Below, piece after piece: positions 35,910 through 46,683 of a DNA stretch of 64,000 nt. The position numbers and the translations under genes are program-made. The stretch spans positions 5,056,435 to 5,120,434 of the forward strand of contig BFEA01000025.1 in the NCBI GenBank assembly GCA_003427395.1, given 5' to 3'. A model generated the notes under the pieces. The model did not search any database. It was given only the letters and a program-made list of their open reading frames with translations, and was not told the DNA's origin. Each line of letters opens with the position of its first letter. The first letter of the stretch is position 1. The DNA comes from Chara braunii. Taxonomy: Eukaryota > Plantae > Charophyceae.

Positions 35910-36394
35910 CTGTGTTAGTCCCTGGGCGGCCCGGCTTGGGGAAGGTCGCCCGGGTACCCTCCGGGGCAGCCTGGGCCGGGCAGGGACCGGGCAGGGTCCT
36001 GGGCGATCCGAGCGCATAATATTAAGAGCATACAAAAAGACAAAAAAATACGAAAAAAAAAAATGTTGTGCAAAATTGCAATACGAATTACTCTTGGCTG
36101 ACAGCCACCTCAAAATTCCTTGTTAATTTTAGGATTAAAATAAATGAGAAAACATGAGTCGAAACGGTACCCTTTTAACCCCTTTAGTCACTGTTTATAC
36201 ACCCCCCCCCCTTGCCTCTTGGATGAGCCACCACTTAAAACTGAAGTGAAGACCGGATTCTGACTACATAGGCCAAGCATAGTATTGGCTGCCTGAATTC
36301 TTCTTTTCGTTCGGGATCCTTGCCTCTTTTTTAACCCGTCTGGTTTTGCCGGGCCGCGCCCGGGCATGCCGGTCCGGGTGCTGACCCAACTTAG
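35910..36394. mobile_element. hAT-like non-autonomous element
   Basis: 8-bp TSD CTATAAAG/CTATGAAG; homologous along its length to 26857-27309. Confidence 0.8.
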
Positions 36395-37629
36395 CTATGA
36401 AGTCACCCTGTTGATTGAGAACTGTTTCAAATGTTGCACTTTTAGCTTTGGCTCTGGCACTGCTCGTTTCTATTGAATACTCGGACGAGTCGGAACGTGC
36501 TTTTTTTTTTTTTTTTTTTTTTTTTTTACTGCATACCTGCAAGGAATTTTGTTAGAGAATCTCATGGATTCTCTGCCCAGATTTTTGTCAGAGAATCTGA
36601 ATCATTATCTGATGATGTTAAAAGTTGAAATGACCACTACGTTTCCCAGTCGACATAAAAGAATTGGAAATGGAACATGCCGATGAGGAATCAGATTAAG
36701 GCCTGGTTGAAAGCAGACCGGGTTCTTCAGGGCCATGGTCCCACTAGCAAAGGGGATAGGATAGAAATCGTGAATCTGGCCATGTTTTATGCAGAGATAC
36801 AGAAAAGCAGTTCGATCTCGATTTCCTGCTCCTGTCCTCAAACACGTCCAGATTCAGGCATTCAATCGGATGCTCTTTGCTAATGGCACCACGGGCCAGA
36901 TGAACTGTGTTACTGGGGCCCCCCATGACCTCCTCCGCCAGCCAAAAGGGAAAAAAAAAAAAAAAAAAAAACAACAACAACAACAAACAAACAAACAAAC
37001 ACGGTGGTGGTTCGGTCATTATTGCAGGCAGGTCTTTTCTTTCTGCCTCTGCTAAAAGAGGCTCGGAGGTAGTGGCGTTTGAAACCACCTCCACTAAAAC
37101 ACCCGCTTCCTTTCCCAGGCAAAACTTTGAAAATCGAAAGCGCAACATTCCCGTTTTTTTTTCTGAGGTCGCGCACCACTGGACCAAAATGGCTGGCGGC
37201 GCTAGCCAAAAGGAAGGGGAAAAAAAAATGGCGCGGTGGCACGCGGTGGTACGTCGACAAACAAAGCCTTGCACTCAGGTGGGGGGGGAAGGGGGGGGGA
37301 TCCAAAATGAGACTTGAAACCAGAAACAAATAAAAAAAAAGTGTAAATAACTGGTATAAAGTTTACTATAAATAGTATCAAGTAGATTTCCTAAAGTTTC
37401 CAAGCGACTCGGGGGAAGTGGCAGTTTGAACCTCAAATCATATGTCATATATTTCCAATAATATTTGTATTGAAAAATTGTAATTAATAGTAATTAATAC
37501 CATCCACCTGAGAGGTCAAAACGTCGAGATGTTAGAGAATCTACTTGCAGAGTCTCACATAAAGAGTCTTTCTGTTTCTCGGACGAGTTGCTTGCGGGGC
37601 AATGCGCGAGGTGAGGGAATCACTTTCTG

Positions 37630-37675
<46 letters not shown>

Positions 37676-37715
37676 TTATTATTGTATTGTTGCTGTCAAT
37701 TTGTGGCAAATGCAG

Positions 37716-37783
37716 GAACCCTTACGGATTTGGTAATACCTCGGCCAAGCCCTACAGGAGAGGAAGTCGCTGGAGTGGGAAAG
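37716..37783 (+). CDS. U2AF65: U2AF65 exon (GTLTDLVIPRPSPTGEEVAGVGK)
   Basis: VIPRP and GVGK motifs; canonical splice sites. Confidence 0.96.
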
Positions 37784-38402
37784 GTGAGCTTTGCACTGAA
37801 ACACCTGTTGGTGGACATGGATCATATTTTGGCTTCATCGATTTTGTACTGCGATACGTCTCGGCGGTGAACATGCGGTGAAGGATGACAAGGGTAGCAA
37901 GAACAATACCAACTAAGCTTTAATATAAAGTTAATAAATAAATTGGTAAATAAACCCAACTCAGCTGACGCAAAATTGAGGTGAAATTGAGAGAAGAACA
38001 TAGCTTTAAAAAAAATATTAAAAAAAAAATGGACAAAGTAACCTCAACCGAACGAAATCTCGCTGCTGGATACTCTTCCAGCACTCTATTGAGATATGGT
38101 TTGAAGGAGGTAGCGTCAAGGATGTGCCTGTTGTAAAAGACCATTCTCTTTTTCTTTTCTTTTTTTTTCCCTTAAAGAAAGAAAGAAATGTCTTCTCCTC
38201 ATCGGGGGACAGCTGTATATATATGTTGTCAAACAGAGTATACGTTTTTTTTTCTCTCATTTTTTTCCTCATATATTATATTATTATTATTATAAGGATT
38301 TTTGGCAGTCTTTCGCAGCATAGGACACTAAGGGTTATGGGTTGGATTCCCAGCCTCCCAACTCTATATTTTATTCGGGAACGCGAAAGGAATTCCTAAT
38401 CC

Positions 38403-38700
38403 AGGTATGATGCCCCTGCGCAAGGGTGACTTGCACAGATCGAGGTAGACCAGCATATGGTACTGTCCTTTGCGATATCAGTTAAAAAATTTAACTTGAT
38501 TTTAAAAATTTAAAATCGGAACAATACAGAAAAGATTTTACCATGGCCCCTGCACATAAATCAAGAAATGGTACAAATTCGATTGTTAAAAAAAAAAAAA
38601 AAAGGTTTAAAAAGTTCGAAACCCGTTAAAATTGGAACAACAGTACAGTACGGAAAACATTAGCATGGCCCCTGCGCATGGATGACGCACATAAATAAAG
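38403..38700 (+). pseudogene. U6: Cluster of three degraded U6-derived fragments
   Basis: GCCCCTGCGCAAGGGTGAC (38412); GGAACAATACAGAAAAGATT..CATGGCCCCTG..AGAAATGG (38518-38571); CCGTTAAAATTGGAAC..TTAGCATGGCCCCTGCGCATGGATGAC (38623-38686). Confidence 0.8.
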
Positions 38701-39384
38701 GCATTCACCTTTTTTTTTTTTTTTTTTTTTTGAGACCAACATATGGTTACCAAGGTATACCAACCAACAACACATGGACGATGGGTAGGCCAGTGTGGAA
38801 ATTAAGATTTGAGAGGAAGCAGCACAACAGCACAATTGCCTGGAGGGAAAAAGAAAGATAATAGACGGCGTGGGAGGGGAAAGAAAAATTATAGATGGCG
38901 TGGGAGGACAGTGAGGGGGGCAGGAAGTTGAAAGGATGGCAGGGCTGTGATGGGTAGCCCAGTGTGGAAATTAAGATTTGAGAGGAAGCACAATTGCCTG
39001 GAGGTAAAGAAAGAAAGATAATAGACGGCGTGGGAGGAGATGGCGTGGGTGGAAAGTGAGGGGGGCAGGAAGTTGCAAGGATGGCAGGGCTGTGAGCAAG
39101 AACACGGAAACAAAGTTTGATGATAACCCCCTTTGATATAGTTCTTCTTCTTCTTCTTTTTCTTCTTTTTCTTCTTCTTCTTCTTCTTCTTCTTCTTCTT
39201 CTTCTTCTTCTTCTTCTTCTTCTTCTTCATAAGAATGTGGATTGAACAAGAAGTCCTCTTTTGAAAATTGACAGTAGCTGTGTAGTCCTCTTTTGAAATA
39301 TGACAGCAGCTGTGGTCTCTTCTGTGTATGCTGTGACCAAGTAGCACGGACGAAACGAGAGGGAAAAGTTGAACAGGTGAACTG

Positions 39385-39621
39385 AAAGCCCTTAATGCTT
39401 TAAATCCAAATAAATCCAAATACTACAATAGATGTAAATAAATTTGTTACTGATCTTTCTTCAAACAAATCAACAGGATAAGCAACATATGCAATATACT
39501 GATTCTCTTCACCACCAACAGGTTCAATATCGTAGCATCTTCCTTTGTATCGGTCCAAACTAGTTAATCCGTCAGTCCAAACAGTAGTCCCTGTACCAGT
39601 AGAAGATTCTGCAGCTACTGC
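39385..39621 (-). pseudogene. rbcL: Plastid-derived rbcL fragment (NUPT) in the last intron
   Basis: [75 protein letters not shown]; AT-rich codons. Confidence 0.95.
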
Positions 39622-39817
39622 CAACAAAGACAAAGATCAGAGGATGAAGAAGATAGGGAATGATGTGCTGATGTTTGAAGACTCGATTGCCAATGCTTGA
39701 GATTTTTTCTGGACGAGGAAAAGTTGGAAACCATTTGGTGATTGTTTTTTTTTTTCTTTTGGGCTCATGTTGGGTGTGCTCTTCCTTTTTTTCTTTTCTT
39801 TTCATCTCAATGGCCAG

Positions 39818-39955
39818 GTGTTCGTGGAGTACTCGGATTCCGCAGCAGCAGCAAAAGCAAAAGCATCATTACATGGGCGGAAGTTTGGTGGCAACACTGT
39901 CGTTGCCACATTTTATCCTGAGGACAAGTTCTCAAGAGGCGAGTATGGTGCTTAA
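39818..39955 (+). CDS. U2AF65: U2AF65 terminal coding exon (VFVEYSDSAAAAKAKASLHGRKFGGNTVVATFYPEDKFSRGEYGA*)
   Basis: UHM RxF motif (GRKF), strong pyrimidine tract, TAA stop. Confidence 0.97.
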   Translation: MFVEYSDSAAAAKAKASLHGRKFGGNTVVATFYPEDKFSRGEYGA

Positions 39956-40174
39956 ACCGTTAAACGTCGAGTACCGTCAGTACGCTTGCCGACCATTTTT
40001 TCTCCGATGCAGCATGCATGCGGTCGCAAGGTTCGGGCGCATGCGGCCGGAGTAAAATGGCTGGCATCGCCAGCCAAAGAAGGAGGCAGCCCGCGCCGGT
40101 TCGTTTGCTTTTGGCTGCGCGCTGCGCGGGGCATTTCCAGCCTCGGGAAACACGAGGCTTGGAGCACTGGTGGT
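39956..40174. mobile_element. Degenerate TTAA-family MITE at the start of the 3' UTR
   Basis: TTAA-ACCG..CGTCAGTAC ... GCACTGGTGGT-TTAC; internal AAAATGGCTGGC..GCCAAA shared with 19120 and 37186. Confidence 0.6.
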
Positions 40175-41118
40175 TTACTCAGGTGCGGGCTGCACACTGC
40201 TGCATTAGAAAATCCGAAAAAATACGCATGACTGCTGTTTTGCGTGAGGGAATGGAGAAGGGGCCAAATTTTGTAGAATACCAAGAATAGTTTTTTTCCC
40301 CCCTGCTTCCCGGTTTTTCGGATATCCGAGAGTGAAAAATGTTCATTCAGGTCATCGGAACGCAGGTCCCTTGACAGGGAGAGGGGAGCGTTAACTGAAC
40401 ATTTCTATCGGCAGCAGCGTGCGGGCTGATACGCATCAGCAAATTGGTTGCTGCACATTATATACTAATCAGAGAAGTGGAAATGTGCATGATTTTATTT
40501 CTGTCATGTAGTGAGTGAGAATGGGGACCTCTTCTCTCTTTTTAAATGTGAATTTTATTTCTGTCATGTAGTGAGTGAGAATGGGGAGCTCTTCTCTTTT
40601 TGAATGTGAATATATACAGATTTGCTCTCTGTGATGTAATCCAAGGACTTGCTGCTGCAGCTCTGTCTTTATAGCTTTGCATTTGTACTTCACAAGGCCT
40701 CTCTGTGATGTAATTTAGGCCTGGAAGAAAAGTTTCATCATGCCACAAAATGTCTCATGTTGAAATTGGGCAAAATGAGGTAGAGTGCTAAGGAGGGTAT
40801 ATTACTATATTGAGTCCGTCGTTATCTTCTTGTTTTGTGTGCGTTACGACAGCTCATTGATGTCCTGGTTGTTGCTTGCGGTGATCGCCACCTGATGTCT
40901 GTCGGATGAGGCTCTTGCTGTAAACCATTTTTTTTTTTCAGGCTTTTTTATCATTTGGTGGGCAAATCAGGGAGTTTGTTTGGAATGCTGCAATTTTTCT
41001 TGTTGAAGGGTGTTCCCTAACATCAAGCTGTGGGGTCATGTACCAGGGAGGGTGGGGAGGGGGGGGGGGGGGGGGGTATAAGGTCCAAAAAAAAAAGAAA
41101 AAAAAAAAAAACGATTTC

Positions 41119-41170
41119 GATGACCCCTGCGCAAGAGGATGACATGCATAAATCGAGAAATGGTTCAAAT
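41119..41170 (+). pseudogene. U6: U6 3'-half fragment
   Basis: ATGACCCCTGCGCAAGAGGATGACATGCATAAATCGAGAAATGGT. Confidence 0.8.
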
Positions 41171-42939
41171 GGTTCTCCTCTTTTTTTTCTTTTTCTTTTT
41201 TGAAGAAATGATGATGACGATTGAGGACCACCTTGCTGTGCCATATATCCTCCCTGTTATGTCCCTGTTATGTGACGTGACCTGCTCCTTGAATGCGTAC
41301 AATTCGATCGACTTTTCCCATTGTATGTTCATTGATATTCGAAGGCCACGAAGTGGGAGAGCCTGGAGGAGCTGATAAGAAACCTGAGAAAAGCCGGCCC
41401 GTGGGAGCCTTTTGGTCTTCCGCCTCGTCTTCCCCTCTGTTGGCCCTACCACCTTCAGTTGCATCATCATTTGATTTTTGGAACTTCCTGGAACCTCCAT
41501 CATGCCCCCGCGACACAGGGGCTAGGAAGCTCATCGATAACTCGATCCCACAAATTTTTTTATTTTTTTTTCCGACTTATCGTTCTCTCGTTGGTTTTAA
41601 CCCTGTGTTCTCTCCGCGTGCCATCGTTGTCCGTACAAACACGAAGAAAGCTGATAACTCATGTACGGTCGACGGGCTGTCAAACCACAAACACGAAAGT
41701 GGTAAGTTATATATATTGTCGAAGCGCCAATTACTATCACATAGCTGGCTCAAAGTGCCAGTGTGTAGCTAGATTGATTGTCATATATACTTCACCATAA
41801 TATATGTTGCCGTACATTGTCCAATTTACCTGCTACAATCTGCATCAAGAAAAGTGAGAGGCACTCTCGAGTTCATGATCGACCCCCATGATCCCTCGGT
41901 AATCATCTTGAGAGGGTACAGGCCCCCTGGACGAATTTGTAACACAGAGAAACAACGAACAAGAGTACGGACAAGGAAGGAGGGGGGAGAGGTGATGTAC
42001 ATGGTAGCGCAGGAAGTGGGACCTATGAAAGTGGGGGGGAGCTATGATACCTCGGTGATCATCTTGAGCGGGTTCAGCCCCCCTGGACGAATTTGTAACA
42101 TGGAGAAACAAAGGAACAGCAAGGACACGGGTGCAAGAGTACGGACAACGAAGGTGGGCGGAGAGGTGATTACATGTTGGAGCTCATGCCGAAGCCTCCG
42201 CTGGGCTTTAAGCCGCCAGTACATCCGAGACTCTCCTTTGTATGAGGCGGACTTCCCCTGTGCGCGAAGCTTTGCCAAAATACCAGTGCGGCGTTTTTTT
42301 TTCGAAATGGCTGGCGACACAAGACATTTTCGTCTGGTGTCCCTGAGCCTCCGAACTTTTCACAGTGAGCCGATGCCGATTCTCACGCCCCGGGCCGATT
42401 CTCAAGCCTGTGGTGTAAGCTTGTGGTGGGAATCCTGGTGCTTGCACAGTCATTCTGCAAGGCTCACGCTACAGGAAATTTAGAAAGCTTCACCGATCGC
42501 CTGCCAAATCAGAGCTTAGACTCTCTCTATATATATTATATATATATATATATATATATTCGTTTGTTGTCCTCTTCTCCCTCTCTGCCTACGGTTTACC
42601 GGGCAGTTCTATTTGACGATATATATTATACATATATTATGATATATATCGTCAAGTTGCGGTTACTAATTTTGGGCCATGGTAAGGATCACACGCTGGG
42701 AACTGGTGAAATTCTGCTGGCTGTCGGATGTTGGATATCGCCCATAACAACTCCAATTTGACGATTTGTCTTTTTTTTTTGACGAGTTGGATTGCCAAGC
42801 AGTTAATTTATGATATGCAATGTGTTGCGAGTGTGGCTCTCAAAAATGCTTTGTTAGTGACATGCGAGACTGTGTGTTGTCAGTTTGTTCTACTACGCAG
42901 CTTTGCACAAGGCAATCGCTCTGGACATGCGTTGAAGTA

Positions 42940-43020
42940 GGAACGACACAGAGGAGACTAGCATGGCCGCTGTGCAAGGATGGCATGCATAAATCATCGA
43001 GAAATGGTGCCATTTTTTTT
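42940..43020 (+). pseudogene. U6: 5'-truncated U6 copy
   Basis: GGAACGACACAGAGGAGACTAGCATGGCCGCTGTGCAAGGATGGCATGCATAAATC..GAGAAATGGT..TTTTT. Confidence 0.8.
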
Positions 43021-43026
43021 AATGAA

Positions 43027-43100
43027 GAAGCCTAAGCTCAGTTGTTACGGTACACCCACAAACTGTTGGGCCCGAGTTCGAATCCAGTTGCAGTCAGATG
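43027..43100 (+). mobile_element. tRNA-derived SINE-like element
   Basis: GCCTAAGCTCAGTTG...GAGTTCGAATCC. Confidence 0.6.
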
Positions 43101-44110
43101 AACAGAAAAAAGTAATCCTGGGTCACCTGGGGCCGATCACTTCACTGATGATATCTCAAAGCTGCCGCCTTCGCACCAGTGCCGTTTCCCAACCATTTTT
43201 CTTGGATGTGGCTCGATGCCCGCCACAAGTTTGGGGGGCAGACTGCCGGAGGAGAATGGCCGGCGACGCCAGCCAATAGTAATATCGAATTTCCTTGTCC
43301 CGGTGAGCTCAATGATGATGATATCTCAAAGCCGTCGCCCTTACACCAGCACTATGTTTCCCAACCATTTTTCTTGGATGTGGCTGGATGCACACCACAA
43401 GTTTGGGGTTCAGCCTATCGGAGCAAAAAGGCTGCCGCCGCCACACAAAAGGGAAGCATGTACCGGTCCGTTGTGTTTTGGTGCAACGTGCGTTTCGAGG
43501 CTCAGGAAGGGAAGGGTCGAAAGTACGGTTGTTTTGAAAAACAAACATACGAACAAACAAATAAACAAAGTAAACGATGTGTTATCTTGTGAACACGGTT
43601 CTGGATGCTACGAGGTTCTCCGTAGGACTATAACTAGTAGTAGTGGTAGTTAGAATGCATTCTTGCTCCCCCACCTCTTTCATAAAATTCTAACTTGTTT
43701 TTTATTTTTTTTTTCAATTCTAACAATTTTTCTCGTTCTACAAAAGCCCAGAAAAAAGGGGTAGTGTTGAGGTGAAATTGGGAGAAGAATGTATCGGGTC
43801 TCATTTTTCATAAAGCCGAGACGCGCTACATTCTTCTCTCAATTTCCTGTTCATGCGTCTGGGCTTTAGTAACCCACCTGTGAATTTATGTGATCGCGGA
43901 TGCGTATGCTTCTGCTTGTCGATCCGTAAATGATGCACCTGCTCAACTGCATGCTAATCTGCACAAGCTCAGTCTCTCTGTGCATGCAATGGACCGTTTT
44001 ATGCATGCCTGCTTTCAAGCAGTGGATGCGCATCCACTGGACCACACATGCACACGAATGCACACGTGGCGGGTTGCATGCAGGACGGTCAATGGCAGAT
44101 GGTTCTGTCT

Positions 44111-44178
<68 letters not shown>

Positions 44179-44951
44179 CGAACACGAACACTACTACACT
44201 CGTATGCACATGCACATGCACACTCCGGTGTGAACAAGCACGGGGACATGCACACACATGAATATGTCTACGTGCATACACAAACATTCTGGCTAAGGTG
44301 CTTTCATGCTTGAAAAAAAGAAAGGAAAAAGAGGAAAGAGGAGCTTGAAAGCGCTGGTGTGCGTGCAGCTGCGCAGAACTTAGAACGTGGCAACAATGGG
44401 TGTCAAAGTTGCAGTCAGCGTATAGTGGAAAATTTTATCGAAGCAGTAATCCCTAAGTCAACGGACTTTTGTCGTCCACACTGAAAGTTTTATGAAGTTT
44501 TATCAAGCACAACTACGGAAAACTTGAACAATGGAGTAGTCTCTGGGTCGGCAACGTCCGATGGCCGAGTGGGGACCGGAAAATTTTCCGTAGCCCATTT
44601 GCCACAAGAAAATGCTAATGACCAATCTCGACCCCTGAACTGCATCAATTCCTCAGTAAGTGTCATCACTGGCAGCACTAAGAGCAAAGCAGCAAGGCAA
44701 TGATAGACGATGACAGACGGGAGGCAGGCAAGCACAAACCATCTTTCAGTGTCTCACGAACGTTGGAGGTACAACACCAGATTCCTTCGTCGTCAGGAGA
44801 CGGAACCTGCCGAAAAACGTTTTGCTTTGATCCAACCGGGGGGTGGTTATTCGAATTGTTAAGAGTGTGCAGGTTGTGCAAGTTTGGGCGACACGGGGAG
44901 TTTGGCTCACGGAGAAATTGGAGATGATCGGACTTGAATGGTTCTCTCCGT

Positions 44952-45311
44952 TTACAACACCAGTGTACGTACCGGTTGGCGTGGCCGTTAACGCGTCGGA
45001 AATCGGCCTGCCTCTATGGTCCAATGATCTTCTTAATAGAATCAAAACATATTTCAGTAAAAACCTGTATCAAAAATCATCGTTCTTTTCTCTTTTTCTG
45101 AGTCGTAAAACGGTTAGTATCTTTCCCGCGTGGGAAAATAGGGAAAACTGGCAGTTTTCCCAAACTCCTGAATATTTGGAGGTCGGGCCCGACGACAACT
45201 GCCATTGATAAATCTGATTGGCGGCCGTCATTTCGTTTCGGCTTCTGAAAAGGTCGGACGCCTACCTGAGGGCCGCTATCTTCCCAAGCGGCAAAGGTAC
45301 TAGTGGTTTAA
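44952..45311. mobile_element. Longer TTAA-family MITE
   Basis: 3' end GGTACTAGTGGT-TTAA, matches 35022-35217; 5' end degenerate (ACACCAGTG). Confidence 0.65.
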
Positions 45312-46593
45312 TAGCAGCTTTTTGAACTCTTCCAGTGTTTTTTTACCTATTTATGGTGTGATAGAATTAGCAGTCGAGGCCGGTGTCGGCGCGAATACCC
45401 TTACAAGAGTATCCGCCCTGGGTTTTGCAAGTGACAGAAAATAGGTTTGGTTTGAAATTTGAGTACACTGCGTGACTCGCGGTTGTATTTTGTTCACACC
45501 GTCTAAATGATTGACTAGGAGTAGAGAGTGGGTGAGTGCGCGATTTTGAGGCACCCGTGGTGATTTTTATTCTTGATGTTATAGAGTTGACATTTCCGTC
45601 GGCGAAATTTTTGGCTTTGATTAAAACTAGGAAAAGTTTTTCTATTACTCTTTCTACTGCTGATCTCTTCTCCTAACTAACCACGGAGTCGGGGTCGCCC
45701 ACCCCAAAACCCCCCAACTATCTCCTTTTCCTACTTGGGTTAGTCAGAAATCGCCTGGGTCATACCTTCCTTACCTTTGTCGCAGTTCCTTTCTGCCATC
45801 GCCACCTCCCCCTTTGTTTCCCAATGAACCTGGCTCAGGTCCATGTCCAGGTTCACTCCCCTGTTGCTCTTCCTTCTAGTTTTCCACCTTAACTCTAGCT
45901 CTTCACCCCCTTGTGCCTCTTTTGCTCCTCTCTTCTCCTCCTGTCTTCTCAGTACCTGGTCATACTTGCAGCCGAGTCCTTCGGGTGGTGGTGACCACCG
46001 CTATGATGATTTCGGACACCCAAAACAACTGCCAGTAACAGCGCATCCGAAGGGGGGGTCGCCCCACTCTATTGCTCACAAAATACATAAAACGAAAACG
46101 AATCTTTCATTAGAACCCGGGAAGATACATCTCCATCCCCCTGTTGTGCAAGTTCTTTGAAAGTTGGCCGACGTGATGCCGATAACGAACCCACGAGCCA
46201 GGAGCACCAATACTCACGGATGATGGGCTCCACTGGGACGAAGGCCATAAGCACGAGGAGCACGACAAGCACGGATACGGTGATCGAGATTGATAAAGAA
46301 CATCACCACGGGAAACAGGAACGAGGACCATCGAAGCACGCCACCGGGACTATCAACGCTACGGAGGCGGACACCGTATTGATGAAGACTGTGACAACAA
46401 CCATTGTGAGGAACAAGTCTGCGGCGAGGAATCAGCAAGGCGCCCCGTGCCCACCAAAAGTGCAAAATGAAATTGAATCTGCCCCTAGAATTGGGACAGA
46501 TACACGAGAAATTCCCCGTTATTACGCCTCGTGGTTTGGCACCGTAGCTCGACTTTCTGCTCATCCTGCGTCGCCAGTTCGAGGCGAGTACTG

Positions 46594-46683
<90 letters not shown>

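Noticed and set aside
22654-43155. Other CTGATGA words (22654, 24414, 32178, 36608, 43144)
   Set aside because: No stem II followed by GAAA, so not hammerheads
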